Of a stretch of DNA of 64,000 nucleotides, positions 26,231 to 39,133 are shown piece after piece (position 1 is the first letter of the stretch; every line of letters begins with the position of its first letter). A program made the position numbers and the translations under genes. The stretch is from contig MU054187.1 of the NCBI GenBank assembly GCA_013239625.1, forward strand, positions 11,367,231 through 11,431,230, in the 5' to 3' direction. This stretch comes from Lama guanicoe. Lineage: Eukaryota. The notes under the pieces are model-generated. The model saw nothing but the letters and a program-made list of their open reading frames with translations. It did no database searches and was not told the DNA's origin.

Positions 26231-27705
26231 CATCTCCCCTCGCAGGCCAAGTTCTGTTTCAAGGAGCTGTCCCCGCAGCAGGACAGAGGCACAGGCTGTC
26301 CGTCTTGGTGACGGTGTTTTCCAACCCTCCTGCCCAGGTTTCCGTGTATGTGTTGCTGCGCGTGGTTAAGAGTGCACGTTCTCGCTGTAGGGTGATATTT
26401 GAGCACTCCAATCTAGGTAGATACTTACTGCGCTTTCTTTTCCCCTTTGCCAGATAGAATTCACAACTGGAAAACCAGTGATAAGCTCTTGGATGAAATG
26501 TACTCTAGGTAACTTTCCCAGAACCTGTCACACAGTAGACAGTGGCAAGCATTTCATGGATGAAATCTGTAGGGGCTCATTTACCTCTGTTAGGATCACG
26601 CTAAACTAACCCAGATTAACTGAAGCCAAAAATATAACATAAACTGTGATTTCGGTATGAATCTATAATCTGAAAAGCTCACAACCTTTCCTGTATGGCA
26701 CAGCTAAAGGATTCCTGAAAAGGGGAATTCCAGAAAGGAGAAGGGAAGGAACAAAAGTGTATCGGGGGAAGGGAAGTGGAGAATGATGGAGCAGGAGTGG
26801 AGGGGTTGAGGGCAGGGCTTACAGGGAAAACAGGATAAAGTCTCCGGGTTTATACATTCATTTCTTATTGAATGCAATGAATGAAGTCTTGGTAGAAACG
26901 GCATCCGCATTATACAGAAGGATGACGGTAAAGCATACTGAGAATGACTGCCAACTGTGAGACCGGAGCACACCCCAGCTGGTCTCAGCCTAGGTGAGGG
27001 CAGCTTGGCATGTCCTCTGAGAAGCGCGATGCCAGCTAGCTCCACCCGGTGTCGCTGGGGCCGTGTGAAAGTTTCTCTAACTTTACCTGTGTCGCTACTC
27101 AGAGAATTGAGGCAGTGGAAACAAGGGAGATGCATTCTCACTTTTTATACCCCTTGTTTTCCCTAACATGCAATTTGAGGGTTCACTATGACATATTTAC
27201 TCTTACACAGAAGGGGAGAAATAGATTCGGCTCTGAAGAAGGAATATGGGGCGTTGGTTTTAATCAGGCGTAATGAAAGGGAAGGAAGGGAAAGTACAAA
27301 AGAAAGGTGCCCCCTTCTGACAGTAACATTTTTAAACAAGCACAGTGATCCCTGAACATGTATTTGAAAGCACGGCTGCCTTGTTTCATCAGGGTACCTC
27401 AAAATCCCAAAGTTCTCAAAGGGAGGAGAACCTCTAAAGAAAGTCTTTCCTTCTAAATATATCTTAGGGAGAGCAAGCCTTTTGATAAAATATGTGGGTA
27501 CTGTGAGGACAAGCATGTATGGCTAAATAGTGACGTTTGTTTTGTCGTCCAGAGCAGGGGATACAAGACTTACTTTAAAAAAAAAACAGAAAAGGAGAGA
27601 CGGAAACGTTCTAAGCTCAGAACTGCGGACCCACCAATTTGCAGATCGCTGAAAACACTTTGAATTTCCATTCTCTTTTCTCAGTGCTTCTGGATCCAAG
27701 CCATG

Positions 27706-27741
27706 GCTGGGGAGGAGCTGGGGGAGGAGCTGGGGGAGGGG
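27706..27741 (+). repeat. Three copies of a 12-nt G-rich unit (GCTGGGGGAGGA)
   Basis: Read directly from the sequence. Confidence 0.85.
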
Positions 27742-28229
27742 CGGAGGAGGAGTCGGTGGAAGAGCTGTCCTTCCTTGAACTTGGGGCTTACTGACCTGGA
27801 GTTGGGCACTTTCTTCACAACGCAGCACATCAGTGGAAGGGCCAGAGGATACACAAGGTCCTTAGAGCCTTCTTCCCAGACAGCTGAAGACATAGTCATT
27901 TCCTTTTCTTCCTCCCACACCTTCCCCAGTGGCATAACTTCTCCTGGGAGTCACCAATTTGAAACCTTGGGGGTTCCGCATACTCTGAAGAATGTTGGAG
28001 AGGGTTTCACAAATTTAGGTGTGTGGGTGGGGTGGGGGCAGAAGACATTTCTTCAGGCTACAAATGCAATTGACTCATTTGAGCAAGTCCCTTAATCTGA
28101 GACAGAACTGGCTTCAGGGAACATATTCATGGAACTCACAGGAAACTGCCTTAAGTTAGTTTTGCATGAAGTGCAACGTGTAGCTCAGATATGATCGCCG
28201 TGATCACCGTGGAGCGCTGTGCGAGGTGG

Positions 28230-28480
28230 CAGCGAAGTCAAGGATGCGGGATCCTTCTCTGCTTTGAGAAGCAGTGATTTGGGGGTCATTTAGCCTCTCT
28301 GAATCTGGTTTCACCCCACAAAAAATAGGGAAGTCCTTACTGGAAGATTCAAATTAGAAAAGGTATGCGACATCTTTGTAGAGTATACATTTGATGCAAA
28401 TGGTATCATTGATTATTTGAAGCCTCAGTTTCCACAATTTTAAAATAAGTTAAATAAGATGATTTTTAAAGCCCATTCTT
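28230..28480 (+). mobile_element. Decayed MIR/MIR3 fragments
   Basis: GTCATTTAGCCTCTCTGAATCTGGTTTC and AGCCTCAGTTTCCACAATTTTAAAAT cores. Confidence 0.55.
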
Positions 28481-30071
28481 GGCCTTGGGAGCCCATGAGT
28501 CGATGAGTCTAGGACTTCTTGAGTCTGTGCTTCTTTGAGGTGGAGCTTAAGTGCATTGTCCCATTGATTCTTCTTCTTGGTCAAATCAGACTGCTTCTGT
28601 TTTTACTCTAAAAACACCACCACATATAACACATACCTACAAATATAGAAATTAAGCCCCTGGTTTTTTTTTAATCGTCTATTTTCAGTAGCTCTACATA
28701 ATATTTTTTGGACAAATAGCCACATCAGTTTGAGGATCTCGCAGCCCCGTTTGACTCTCTGAAGCACAGCATCCTAGGAGCCCCTCTGTGTCGGCAGTGG
28801 GTGTGTCAAGACACCCATCTCCTCAGTCTCAGGATGGATAGGAAAGGCCAGGCTGGCCAGAGTCTCCTCGTCTGCTCCAAAGCACTGTACATAATTGATA
28901 CTATGATTTCCTTTGTGTGCCATGACATGGAACAGTTTGGGGAAACCAAGCTAGACTAATCAAATTTACCATGTAATTTCCATTTCATGGTAGCTAAACA
29001 AAACTCAAATTGAATAAGGTATTTGTGTATTCATATTTTTTCCTTCCAAACTTTGCTAATTTATTCATGGTAGTGGTAGATTAACCGTTAGTAATTGTTA
29101 CCGAATCAGTCTCACCAGTCTAAGAAGAGTGTGTCACTTCTGTGTATTGTTTTGAGTTTATGAAATCCTAATTTGAGGTATAACTTGACAGATAACTGAG
29201 ACATATATGAGGAACAAATCATTTTGTAAAATTCCTTTGAATCATAAATACTTTGGGCTTCAGGAGTTTGTTTTTTAGAAATTCCTTTCTATTCAAGTTA
29301 AGGCAGAATTCCTATTTTCAACCAAAAACGAAAGTTATATTTGCAAGAATGAGAAGGGAAAAAGGGAAAAGGTCTGCAGATGAAGAGAGACAACTGAGTT
29401 TTTCTCATGAATAAACATGTCCCAACATTCCTTCAGAGGGGTTGTTTCTGTCACCATCTTTGTATCCAATAAAATTTTTCAGCTAGGTAAAAGAATAATA
29501 GAACATCTCCTAAGCAAATTTTCTAAAAATATTAAAATTCCTCCTTTGGATATGACATATGAAACTCCATCATTAGCAGGTTTCAATGTAACTTCTTTTA
29601 AGAAAACTCAGGTGGAGTATTGGTATATTGTCTACAGAAAGACTTTGGGCTTTTTTTTTTTTAAGACAGTAAAGAACAATTCATATCATAATAAAATCCA
29701 CCTGAAGCCCCAAATTACTGAAAGATAGAGGAATTCATTTCTGCTTTTCATTTCCATAGCTAATAAGAGATTTCTAACATTCTTTAATTGACCCAGAAAC
29801 CTTAAACTGCCTTAAATATTAGTTTGGAGCTTAAAGCCTGCTGAGAGAATTTCGTGTTCCTTCTTGCCCGTATGGATTTCATAGCACCTACATAACTTGT
29901 AATTACACATTTATTTGTGTAGTTCCTTATGTCCTTGAATCTCTCATTAACCACAGGTTTCTTTTTGTCCTATTTGGAGTATAAATCAGACTCTTCTGGT
30001 TCGATTTAAAAGGCCATATTGTCCTAACATTTTAAATAAAAGATGGTGGTAGAATGTGGATAAAAATAGTC

Positions 30072-30523
30072 ATATCAGTTAGAAGATGTGATTGGGAATT
30101 TTGACCACACGTAGCAGAACTTAGCCACGATAGGTTTTGTTCTCTCAAGGAAAAGAAATCCAGAGTCAAGCTGTTGGGGCTGGGATAAGTCACTTGGGAC
30201 CCAGGCTTTTCTTCCCTCTCTGTTCTGCCGTGGAGCATTCCATCAGTGAGAGTGTCTTACTGTTCGATATAACTGCTGAAGCTCCGGCCGTGTTATGCAA
30301 CAAATGGACACTCACAGTTTTTTATGGAACCATCACAGAAGTCACACGTGATCCTTTCATTACATTTCATTGGAAAGGATTCAGTCACGTGGGCACATAG
30401 GGCTGTAAGGGAAAGTAGGAGATGTCACCTGAAGTGGGGCCCCTGCAAATAAAAGAATCTTGTTATAAATGAAGAAGGTATTAATAATGATGAGGTAGGC
30501 AATGAGCAAGCAGTCCCTGCCAT
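30072..30523 (-). mobile_element. MaLR LTR (MLT1J-like)
   Basis: CAGAAGTCACA...CATTTCATTGG...AGTCACGTGG...GCTGTAAGGGA...GGTAGGCAA...AGCAGTCCCTGCCATA. Confidence 0.65.
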
Positions 30524-32816
30524 AAAATTTAAAATAATTTGCAACAATCAAAAATGAAAATGTATTTTTCCTTCCAATCAATGGTAAGAGAAATTATAAG
30601 ACCTCAGAATTTGCCTGGAGAAAAATAAGTTGTTGCCATTAGGCAAAATAAAGGAAAGTTATCATTGTATGGGATATTATTTGGGGCTCTCCATTCATCC
30701 CCATAGTCAGGCAAAGCAATGACTCAGGTGACGTGAATTTTCAGAAATCACTGGTGGGTCCTGCTGCACACCCCCCAACCCACTCCTACCTAAACAACGA
30801 AAAGTTTTCCAGCCACTGTCCACTGAGAAGGTGCTAACTTCCTATAAAGTGGTCCTTTCCTATCTAGTTGAGTTTTGTGTCACCTACAAATGCATTTTCA
30901 GCAGTGAAATCAATCTAATTTTCTAGTTTGTTTTTGTTAGGACGTTAACATCAACGTATCTTCAAGACTTTCCTCAAGTTATTAATCCTCGCATTATTTA
31001 CTCCAAATTATCTTATAGTCATATTGTTTTTACCAAAAAGTTGTTTTTCCCAACTTTTCAACCTAAGATTCTGTTAAAGATACTCTAATCAACATAATAA
31101 TATTGCTGAAATTATTAGAAAGGAGCATTAGCACTTTAAGTCGCTCTCTTCCTTTTACTAGGGACATTATTGCGTCTTTGTATTTTCATTGGTTATGGGT
31201 TTGTGCAGAAAGAATAAATAAACCTAGAACCAATATTCTGCCTCCTTGAGAGTAAGTAAACCTAGAACCAGTATGCTGCGTTGTAGTGAAAAGTTACAAT
31301 GAAAAGATTTGAAATTGATACAAATGCATGTTTTTTCTTCTGCATGTTTGCGCATTGCATTTAGTCTGTATATTTTTCACATTTATGTCCAGGGATGATC
31401 CAGTTGACAGTCATTCAAAAAATATTTGGATAAAATGCAAAAGAACTGATATATTAAGGGAGGGGAAAGCCACCAGCCTCAGAGTCGGAAGACCTGAGTG
31501 TGAGTTTCGGTTTCAGCTTTCTGAGTTTCCTGGAGGGGATGGCGGTGGATTGGAGAAAGAACAGTAACGCTTGCTCTAGTTCCCTCTAGAGGAACAAATT
31601 TGATAGTTTGTGCCAAAGTCTTTCCTGAATTTTGATGTATTGTGAACATAGAAGGAGTTATTTTTCCACAAAAGAACAGAGATACAGATGGGATTTCAGA
31701 TGCAGGAAAACACCTGAGGGCATGAAAACTCTTGTTCGCAGTTCAGTTACTGTCAGTGTGAGATCAGGCTTCCAGAGGATGACTAAGTGTGTATCAGAGG
31801 AAGGTGCCAGCTAAGGAATAGTTGTTCACTAACCAAGTAGGAAATATCTAATTTTCATCTACTTTGACTGTGGCTCTTTGGGGTGTGTTTAAAAAAGATG
31901 AGCATCAGGCTCCACTATGATCTTCAAGGTGATATCAACCCAGAGGGAGCATTGTGCACACATCATAGGAAGTCGCGGGGCCTTTCAAAGTGTGCTGTCC
32001 GTCCAACCTTTAGAAAGGGGTATAATCCAATTGCCAGCACATTCTGGACCTGGAGTATACCTCGCATTGCACATAACTGTCCATTCGAAAGCAGAGCTCT
32101 TTTCCTATTCGCCCCTTACCTCCAGCTGTGCCGCGGTGTGCTTTACCCCGGTGCCCTACAAGGCTGCTCGATCATTAAAGTAAGTGGAACTGAGCAAGAA
32201 ATGACAGGTAGTTTCTGTGCTTAGTCAACTCTCTAGGAAAGAACACAGGAAAAGACAAAGTACTCTCGTGGAACTGCACTCCAAACCCACTCTTCCCCGA
32301 CTTCGCTTATCTGACACCTTCAACCAGCCAGACACGGGCAATAAGATGGAATCTAAGAACCCAGGAAGCGCTCACACCCACACATTCGTCCCAGAGTCCA
32401 TGCACCAAACCCACCCATGTATCGTGCTTGAGAGAGACCCTCGTGTCTTGACTTTTATTTTAAAGACAGATCTAACCAGCCATTGGGCATCCCCCTAGCA
32501 TGTTAGCAGAGGGAAGGTGGAGTTGAAAGAGGTTAATACACTTGTAATAAGTACAAGTGATGATGGAGAGGGGAGGTGTGAAAACAACACTAGGAGAAGT
32601 ATTCACGAGGAATTCCAAACGGTGTTGTACCCTGTCACTGATGTGTTGGGCAGGCAGCTCTTCACATCCCCGTACCCACAGGGAAAGGCGGAATTATTGA
32701 AGGCAATACTGATGTTAACAATGATGACCCAGGGCCATAAAACAAAACAAAACAGTGCCACCATTCCCAGTATTCTTTGAAGACTAGGATATACAGGATT
32801 AATTTTTGAAAATGCA

Positions 32817-33215
32817 TGTCATAGATTAAATCATAATCCTCAATTATTGCTGCCCCTCCCTCACCAGAGAAGTAACCAGAGTTCGACATACCCCGCCCAC
32901 CCCGGGTTCCGCCATGTGTCTTGCTTTGGCCAATAGCAGGTAAGCAGGTGCACCAGGCGCCCTGTCCAAAAAGATGATGCTTCGAGCGACGGTCCAGGTT
33001 CCCACCAGCTCTCCTGTGCCAAGTGTCTGTCATGAGAACAGCGTGTCTCATCTGGGGGCTGCTGCCTCGGCCAGAGACCTGGACAGGGAGGACTGAGAGA
33101 GCCACCGCCTGGAGCAGGGCTGAGCTGCCACCCTGCAGCCTCCATGTCACACAGGGAGAAAGGACCCTTTCTTTTCTGTGATAAGCCTCTGAGCTTTGGG
33201 AGGTTTTTGTGCAAA
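32817..33215 (+). mobile_element. MaLR LTR (MLT1I-like)
   Basis: GCCATGTGTCTTGCTTTGGCCAAT...CATGAGAACAGCGTGTC...TAAGCCTCTGAGCTTTGGGAGGTT. Confidence 0.7.
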
Positions 33216-34244
33216 TTCAGTGTGCTTGAAAATCATTCCTTTTTGTTTGTTTGTTTGTTTTCAACTCCTGCCTCTAAATAACTGAAGTGAGGTATCATAG
33301 TCACATATTTGGAGACCCTCCTTCCCTTGCTGTGACAGATAATCGAGGTGCTGCTGTGAATAGCCTCCGTTAAAACTGCACTTAAGGAGCTGCTGGGAAA
33401 ATAGCCACAAGCAGCCTCGTGCTATCTAGGAGCCAGGCTGTACCTCGTTCACCCAGCAAGTCGGGGAGGGCTCCTATCAGGGCGCCTCCCTCGGGCTGGG
33501 GAGCAAGGCCTGCTGGGCTGAGGGGGTCCCAGTGGGTGGAGTCTCCGTGGGCGGGTGATACTGAGGGCGATGTCACGAGGGTGTGGTTTCAGGACAGCTG
33601 GCAGCCACCTGCCCTCCTTGTAGTAAATTTCAGGGGGTGGGAGGGGTAGATCTCTCGGATCACAGTCACAAAGCAGAGTAAGTCCAATCTTTGCGTCTCT
33701 GGAGAACGAAGCCCTCCAGCGCTAACTTGGAGCCTGAGAATGACCAACTTCGTGAGTGCGCACAAATTATTTCACCTCCTGCCTCGGCACCGAGGATTAA
33801 TTAATCATTGCAAGATACCTCGCGACTCCACAATGCTAAATACAAACAGAGGAGACCCCCGAATTCATGGAGCTGTGACTCGTGGTCTTGAATATTCATG
33901 TTCAACCACGCCAGTCCACTCTCTCCGCCAGCAAAGACTGTTTCACTGAGCTTCGAGGGGTCCGCTTCTGTTCGCGAGGGGAAAGGGGCCCTATGCGGGG
34001 TGCGGGGTGCGGGGCTGCAGTACTGATGCGTCGTGGTGTTCTCTCGGGGAGATGCTCGGAGGCACCGTGACAGCTGCCTGGAAACATCCTCAGCATCTGA
34101 CACCCCTGTTTGCCCCCAAATTTCTCCTCAGCAATTTGACCGGTTCACAATTCCTTCGGCTCCCGAGATCTTTGTTAAGTCAAAATGCAGCCCAAGAGGC
34201 AATATAAAAACAGGACAGTTACAAACAAGGTATCTGGGGTGGGG

Positions 34245-34433
34245 TGGCCCTGGTTCTTCCCATTGCTGTGTAACCTTGGACAGATTCCTTAACTTCCCTG
34301 AGTCTCAGTTTCCTCATTTAAGATAAAAACTAAAAATAACAAAGCAATAGTAATGCCTGCTTCACAGGTACGGGATGGGATAAAAGGAGCTAAGGGCAAG
34401 TTTAGTGCATGGCACGTGCTCAACAGATGTTAG
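34245..34433 (+). mobile_element. MIR SINE
   Basis: GCTGTGTAACCTTGGACAGATTCCTTAACTTCCCTGAGTCTCAGTTTCCTCAT core. Confidence 0.85.
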
Positions 34434-35670
34434 TGAAAATTGTTCCTTCTTGATAAAAGGTAAAGTCTGATCCACATGGTGGAAATCGTGGAAGGTTGGA
34501 GACCCAGGAAAGCAAAAGGGAGGAGGGTGAAGGACTTCCCGGGAGCATATGGGGGCAGAAGTATTTGAGGAATGAAGGAGAAGTAGACAATAAAATAAAG
34601 GGCGAGGGGGGAGGGAGACAGGGAGAAGAGCGCAAATTCAAGATGTGTCACTTCTCAGAAGGGTCCAAGGCCCCACGGCCGCCCACGCGGTGCAGACTGT
34701 ACACCCTGAAGTCCAACAACTGGAAAACCTGGACTCCAGAATCCCTGCCCCTTCTCAAGCGGGACAGCTCTGTCTTCTGAGAGAAGCAGCTGCTACAAGA
34801 CGAAAGACGCACAAAGTAGCTTGGAAGGTTGCAAACTTGACCTCCGCTCTGTCTCGCCCACTGCTCTGGCTCCGAGAAGTTTGGTCCAACATTTCGGGTT
34901 CCCTTACAAAATGTGTGGCCTCGTCCTTTCCCAACTCTTGCACAGTGTGAGGAGGAGGATTCAGCTTGGGGTTCCCCAGAACACCGAACGTGTCTTGCAC
35001 GTCACAGTGCGTTGATATCTTCTTGGATCAGATGGTGGCATTGAGTCAGTTTCTTTTACTGCACCTGTATTTATCTGCCAGTGTCTCAAAGAGGACAAAA
35101 CAGATGGGGGTGGAAGGCCCAGAGATGGGCAGAGTCAGCTGGACAGAAGTAGCAAACTGAGGAGGGGCTTCATCAAAACAAGAGAAGTGACTCACTCTGC
35201 CACCTGACTAGGAATAATTTACCTAAAGGTAGAAAAAAAAAAGTTGGTGTTGCTAAACCCATCTTGGTGCCTAAGGATCGTTCAATAAATGTAACAAACT
35301 TCCACACTGCACTGGGCCACTGCCAGACTTCACTAGTTCATGTATCAGGGATATTGGAGCCTAGTTTCCTCAGATGTTAAAAGAGAAACGTATAGAAAGG
35401 GATATTAGAGGGTCCTTTGAAAGCTACTCCAATGGACACTTCTGGGTATTTGCTGAGGAAAGTTTAACACTTTCCAGTGGAAAACTCTGTCCATTGTCCA
35501 TGCCTGGTGAGTGCATTGGAATGTTTGCCTTTTGGCCGCTCTGCAAACGGTGATCTTACAAAACAAACAAGCAAAAAATGATCAGCTATGAAATAATTAG
35601 CACTATTGAGAGTCCTGTTTTGCGAATGGTCAGCTGTCCCAGCCAAAGCTAAGGCTGAGAGATCAACCTG

Positions 35671-35802
35671 AGGGCACTGATCTCATTCATGGGGGTTCCA
35701 CGCTCATGACCTAATCACCTTCCAAAGACCCCACCTCCTAATACTATTACACTAGGGGTTAGGGTTTCAATATACAAATGGGGGCGGGGAGCATAAACAT
35801 TT
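35671..35802 (-). mobile_element. MLT1A/MST-like LTR fragment
   Basis: CTCATGACCTAATCACCTTCCAAAGACCCCACCTCCTAATAC; homologous to about 53022-53150 in this window. Confidence 0.8.
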
Positions 35803-38764
35803 ACATAAACCCAGAGGTGCTATGATTATCTTTCAAGAATGCCTCCTTCACATGGCCTCTCTAGAGTGGAGGTTGCTCCCCTCTTTTCTCGTGTATGATC
35901 TGGTCTAGGAAGCTGTGTTCCAAGGAGGAAGAGCAGATTTTCTGTGTCACGGTGTTGCTATTTCGCTAATTTCACAAACCCGTTTGTGAACACGTACCTG
36001 TTTCTTTCTGTGTGAGTTTCAAGGACATGACACTGTGTGCAGGAGATCCTGAAATGGATGGACCAGAAGCACATCAAATCTTATCCTTTGTATTTTCATC
36101 CATGATTGAAAAGAAATACAATCAAGAAACAGAAAAAGCATCAGGAAAAATAAATAAATGAAACCTCCAGAGATGCGTACCAGGACCGGAAGTCTTGGTA
36201 AATTTTGTTGGCAGCCAGACTTACTCAACTGTAAGAACGCAGTTCTCCTAATGAGGACAACGAATATTTTGAACCTGTCATGCTGTTATGTGACAGATTT
36301 TGATAATGTTTCACCATAGCGAGTCAAAAGAATGATATACTTAGAGATTCACAACTTTATAAGGGATTTTCTGAACAATCTAAGCTCCTCACTTTTTTTG
36401 GTTATAAATACTTGCTTAATTTTGCTAATCTGTCCATCAGTGAAAACTGTTTTAGTTTCTCCTCCAATTTTATATGCAGATTTTATAGATAAGTCCAGTT
36501 CAGATAACAGGGGAGCATTCTTTATTTTTTTTTCCTTAATTAATAAGTAAACATCATGCACCTTTGTATGCATCATGTTTTAGTAAGCTTACAAAGTGTA
36601 ACTGAAAAATGCTTTCTTTTTGAAGACTTGGATGTTAAAATCAGCCCAAACGTGTTGCATTATAATCTCTAATATCACATCAGGTTTTAATAAGCCTCCT
36701 CTTTGCAGCACACATGTGCTTAAGACTTCATGGAAACCAAATCTGTGGAGAGAAGGGATTACTTTGGATTACTTTGAAATATGCATTGTTTGAAATGGCC
36801 CCTGGTGACCAGCTTTCATGAATGGCTGATTTTACTTGTGGGGCACATCATCTGGTTTAATTATATCAGCCCCTTTGTGTGACGAGTGCTGCTCTTGTGT
36901 GTGCTGAGAAATGAAGGTTGAAAACAAAGTAGTGTAGTTAGTGAGAAAATAAATTCTGGAAGTGGAACACCATTGGGTGTTTGTAGTATCGAAGCCTAGG
37001 TGAGATCTAAGAACTTGTCCAACTATAAACCTCTATTTATAAAGATGCTCTAGTGACAATAAATATACATTTGCCCCAAATGTCCATAGACATAGACCAT
37101 AATCTAAGGAAGATTACTGTATAAATATAACAAATCATAGTTGAGGGTGATGACAGCTCTTAATATTTTCATTCTACAAATTCTTCTGCTTAAAACTTCA
37201 TGGAAGTCACTCTCTTGTAACAATAGAGTAAAATGTTAGCTTTCATTAGCTAAAATGTTTCCCAACTTCTGTCCTGGAAAAAACTAAGACAAGTCATATT
37301 TTAAGTTTCAGGTTGCTGCAGGCCTTCAAAACAAGTACCATCATTTGAGTCAGTTTTACTGAACTTTGGTTTTAAAAATTTCCTACTGTGTCTCTTCAGG
37401 TGCTAATCCTTCTGAAGACTTTGATAAATATCTCTGTGTCCAAGTACTGATTGGAGGGTAGGTAGATGAATTTGATTGGACAAGAATGCCATAATGGATG
37501 TCAAGGAAAACGGAGGAACAATTTATATGCATTTCATGCTTTGTGTGCGCTTTACGGTTAAAATTAATAAATTAGTTTTCCAAGAGAGGCCTGCTAGGTA
37601 CTCAATTTGTCGACTATAATGATATTTTCCATGATTGCAGGCCTGAATTTCTCTTGCAATTTAAGTACAGTGGCTTTTTTTTTTTTACTTGATAAATGTA
37701 CAGCTCTGCTTGTTAGTCACTGGGAGATAAGTTTGCAGCTAAAGGAACGATGACAGTCTGAAGACAGCATGGGGAATTAGAACATGTAAAGCACATGTCA
37801 AAGATGATTTTGTCACTAAACACCTGGAATGCTATATTTAACCAACAATACAAAAAAAAAAAAGTCAAACCAACATTTCCCAGTACGACTTGCGAAAGGA
37901 GTATTTTTGAAATATCAATACATGAGCTAATCTGAATTTTAGGGCTACCTTGAAATGGGTCACTGAGCAAAGGAGTTGACTTAGATAGAGATGTTTGATT
38001 CTTTTTTTTTTTAAGATTCTCCTGTAAGTGATACATTTTGGAAGGAAAAATCAAACAAACAAACTGGGCCATTCCGCATAATTTGCCCCTAGGTCTTGAG
38101 CTGAGAACTAGAATTTGTTGTCTTTTGAAATGCGTGTTCATCTTTCACACTCTGTTTCCCCGGACCTCCCTTTCTTGGTCATGACTGTGTGAGGCCAGCG
38201 GGCTCCCTCAGAAGGAACATGCATCTCCAACTCTGCTGTGTTTGAAGCCTTAGAAAATGTTGAAGAGCATTGTATTGATAGTGAGCTTTACAGTGTGGGA
38301 AGTAAGCCGGTGGGAACGCTCTTGACTGTGGCTTAATTTTTAAAGTAAAATCAGGTGTTCCTCTTTCCCTAATAGATTTTAATGATAAAGTATTTTGAGA
38401 AATGTTTCTGAACTACAAATACAGCCTCTAATTGCCATTTTAAAATATTTTCTTCAGCCTGAACGTATCACACAAATTGTGGAAGTTGGAAATACATTCA
38501 TATTGTGTCGGATTATGTATATCAGAGAAACAAACTAAAATGAAACATATCCAAAAAAATCCCCAAATCTGTTAAAAGATATATTTTTAGTACCTAGGAA
38601 TGGTAGAAATTTAAGCTACAAAGAAGACTATGTTTTCTTTATTACTTGAAATGGTGTCTGCCTGTGTGAATGTATTTATACACATATCTTAAGTATGTGC
38701 ATGTACATGTGTATCTATTGAGAAAAAAAGATAAATACATAAGGTGCTGATGAAACTTGATGCT

Positions 38765-39133
38765 TGTGGTATGGACAGGAGTGCTCAGCCAACACTTCAT
38801 CTGTGCCATCAAATTTCCAGCCCTCTTGTACTTGGATGGGGTCATGTGACCGGTTATAGCCAATGAAATACTAGAAGTGATCTGAGTCACTTCCAGGTTG
38901 AAGCCCTGAAAGGCTCTCCTGCAAGATTCTCCAGTTTTCTTCTTCCTCTGCTTCTTGGTCCAGTTATTGCCACAAAACAACAGCGCCTCCATCAGCCTGC
39001 ATCCATGCGTGACTGGGCAGAGCAAAGCTCCCTGTCAGTCTGTCTGTGACTGGTAGTTTAGGTGAAGCCACTGATATTTGCATTTTTTTTTTGTTGTGGT
39101 GGTTGCAACAAACTATTTCTGCTAACTTATGCA
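38765..39133 (+). mobile_element. MaLR LTR (MLT1J-like)
   Basis: TTTCCAGCCCTCTTG...GGTCATGTGAC...GCCAATGAAAT..AGAAGTGAT...TCACTTCCAGG...AAGCCACTGA. Confidence 0.7.

Noticed and set aside
32662..33214. 162-aa and 117-aa minus-strand ORFs
   Set aside because: They overlap an MLT1 LTR and show no protein-family features.
36349..36576. Lys-rich 75-aa ORF as a possible pseudogene fragment
   Set aside because: Composition is explained by AT-rich DNA; no poly(A), TSD or recognisable parent gene.
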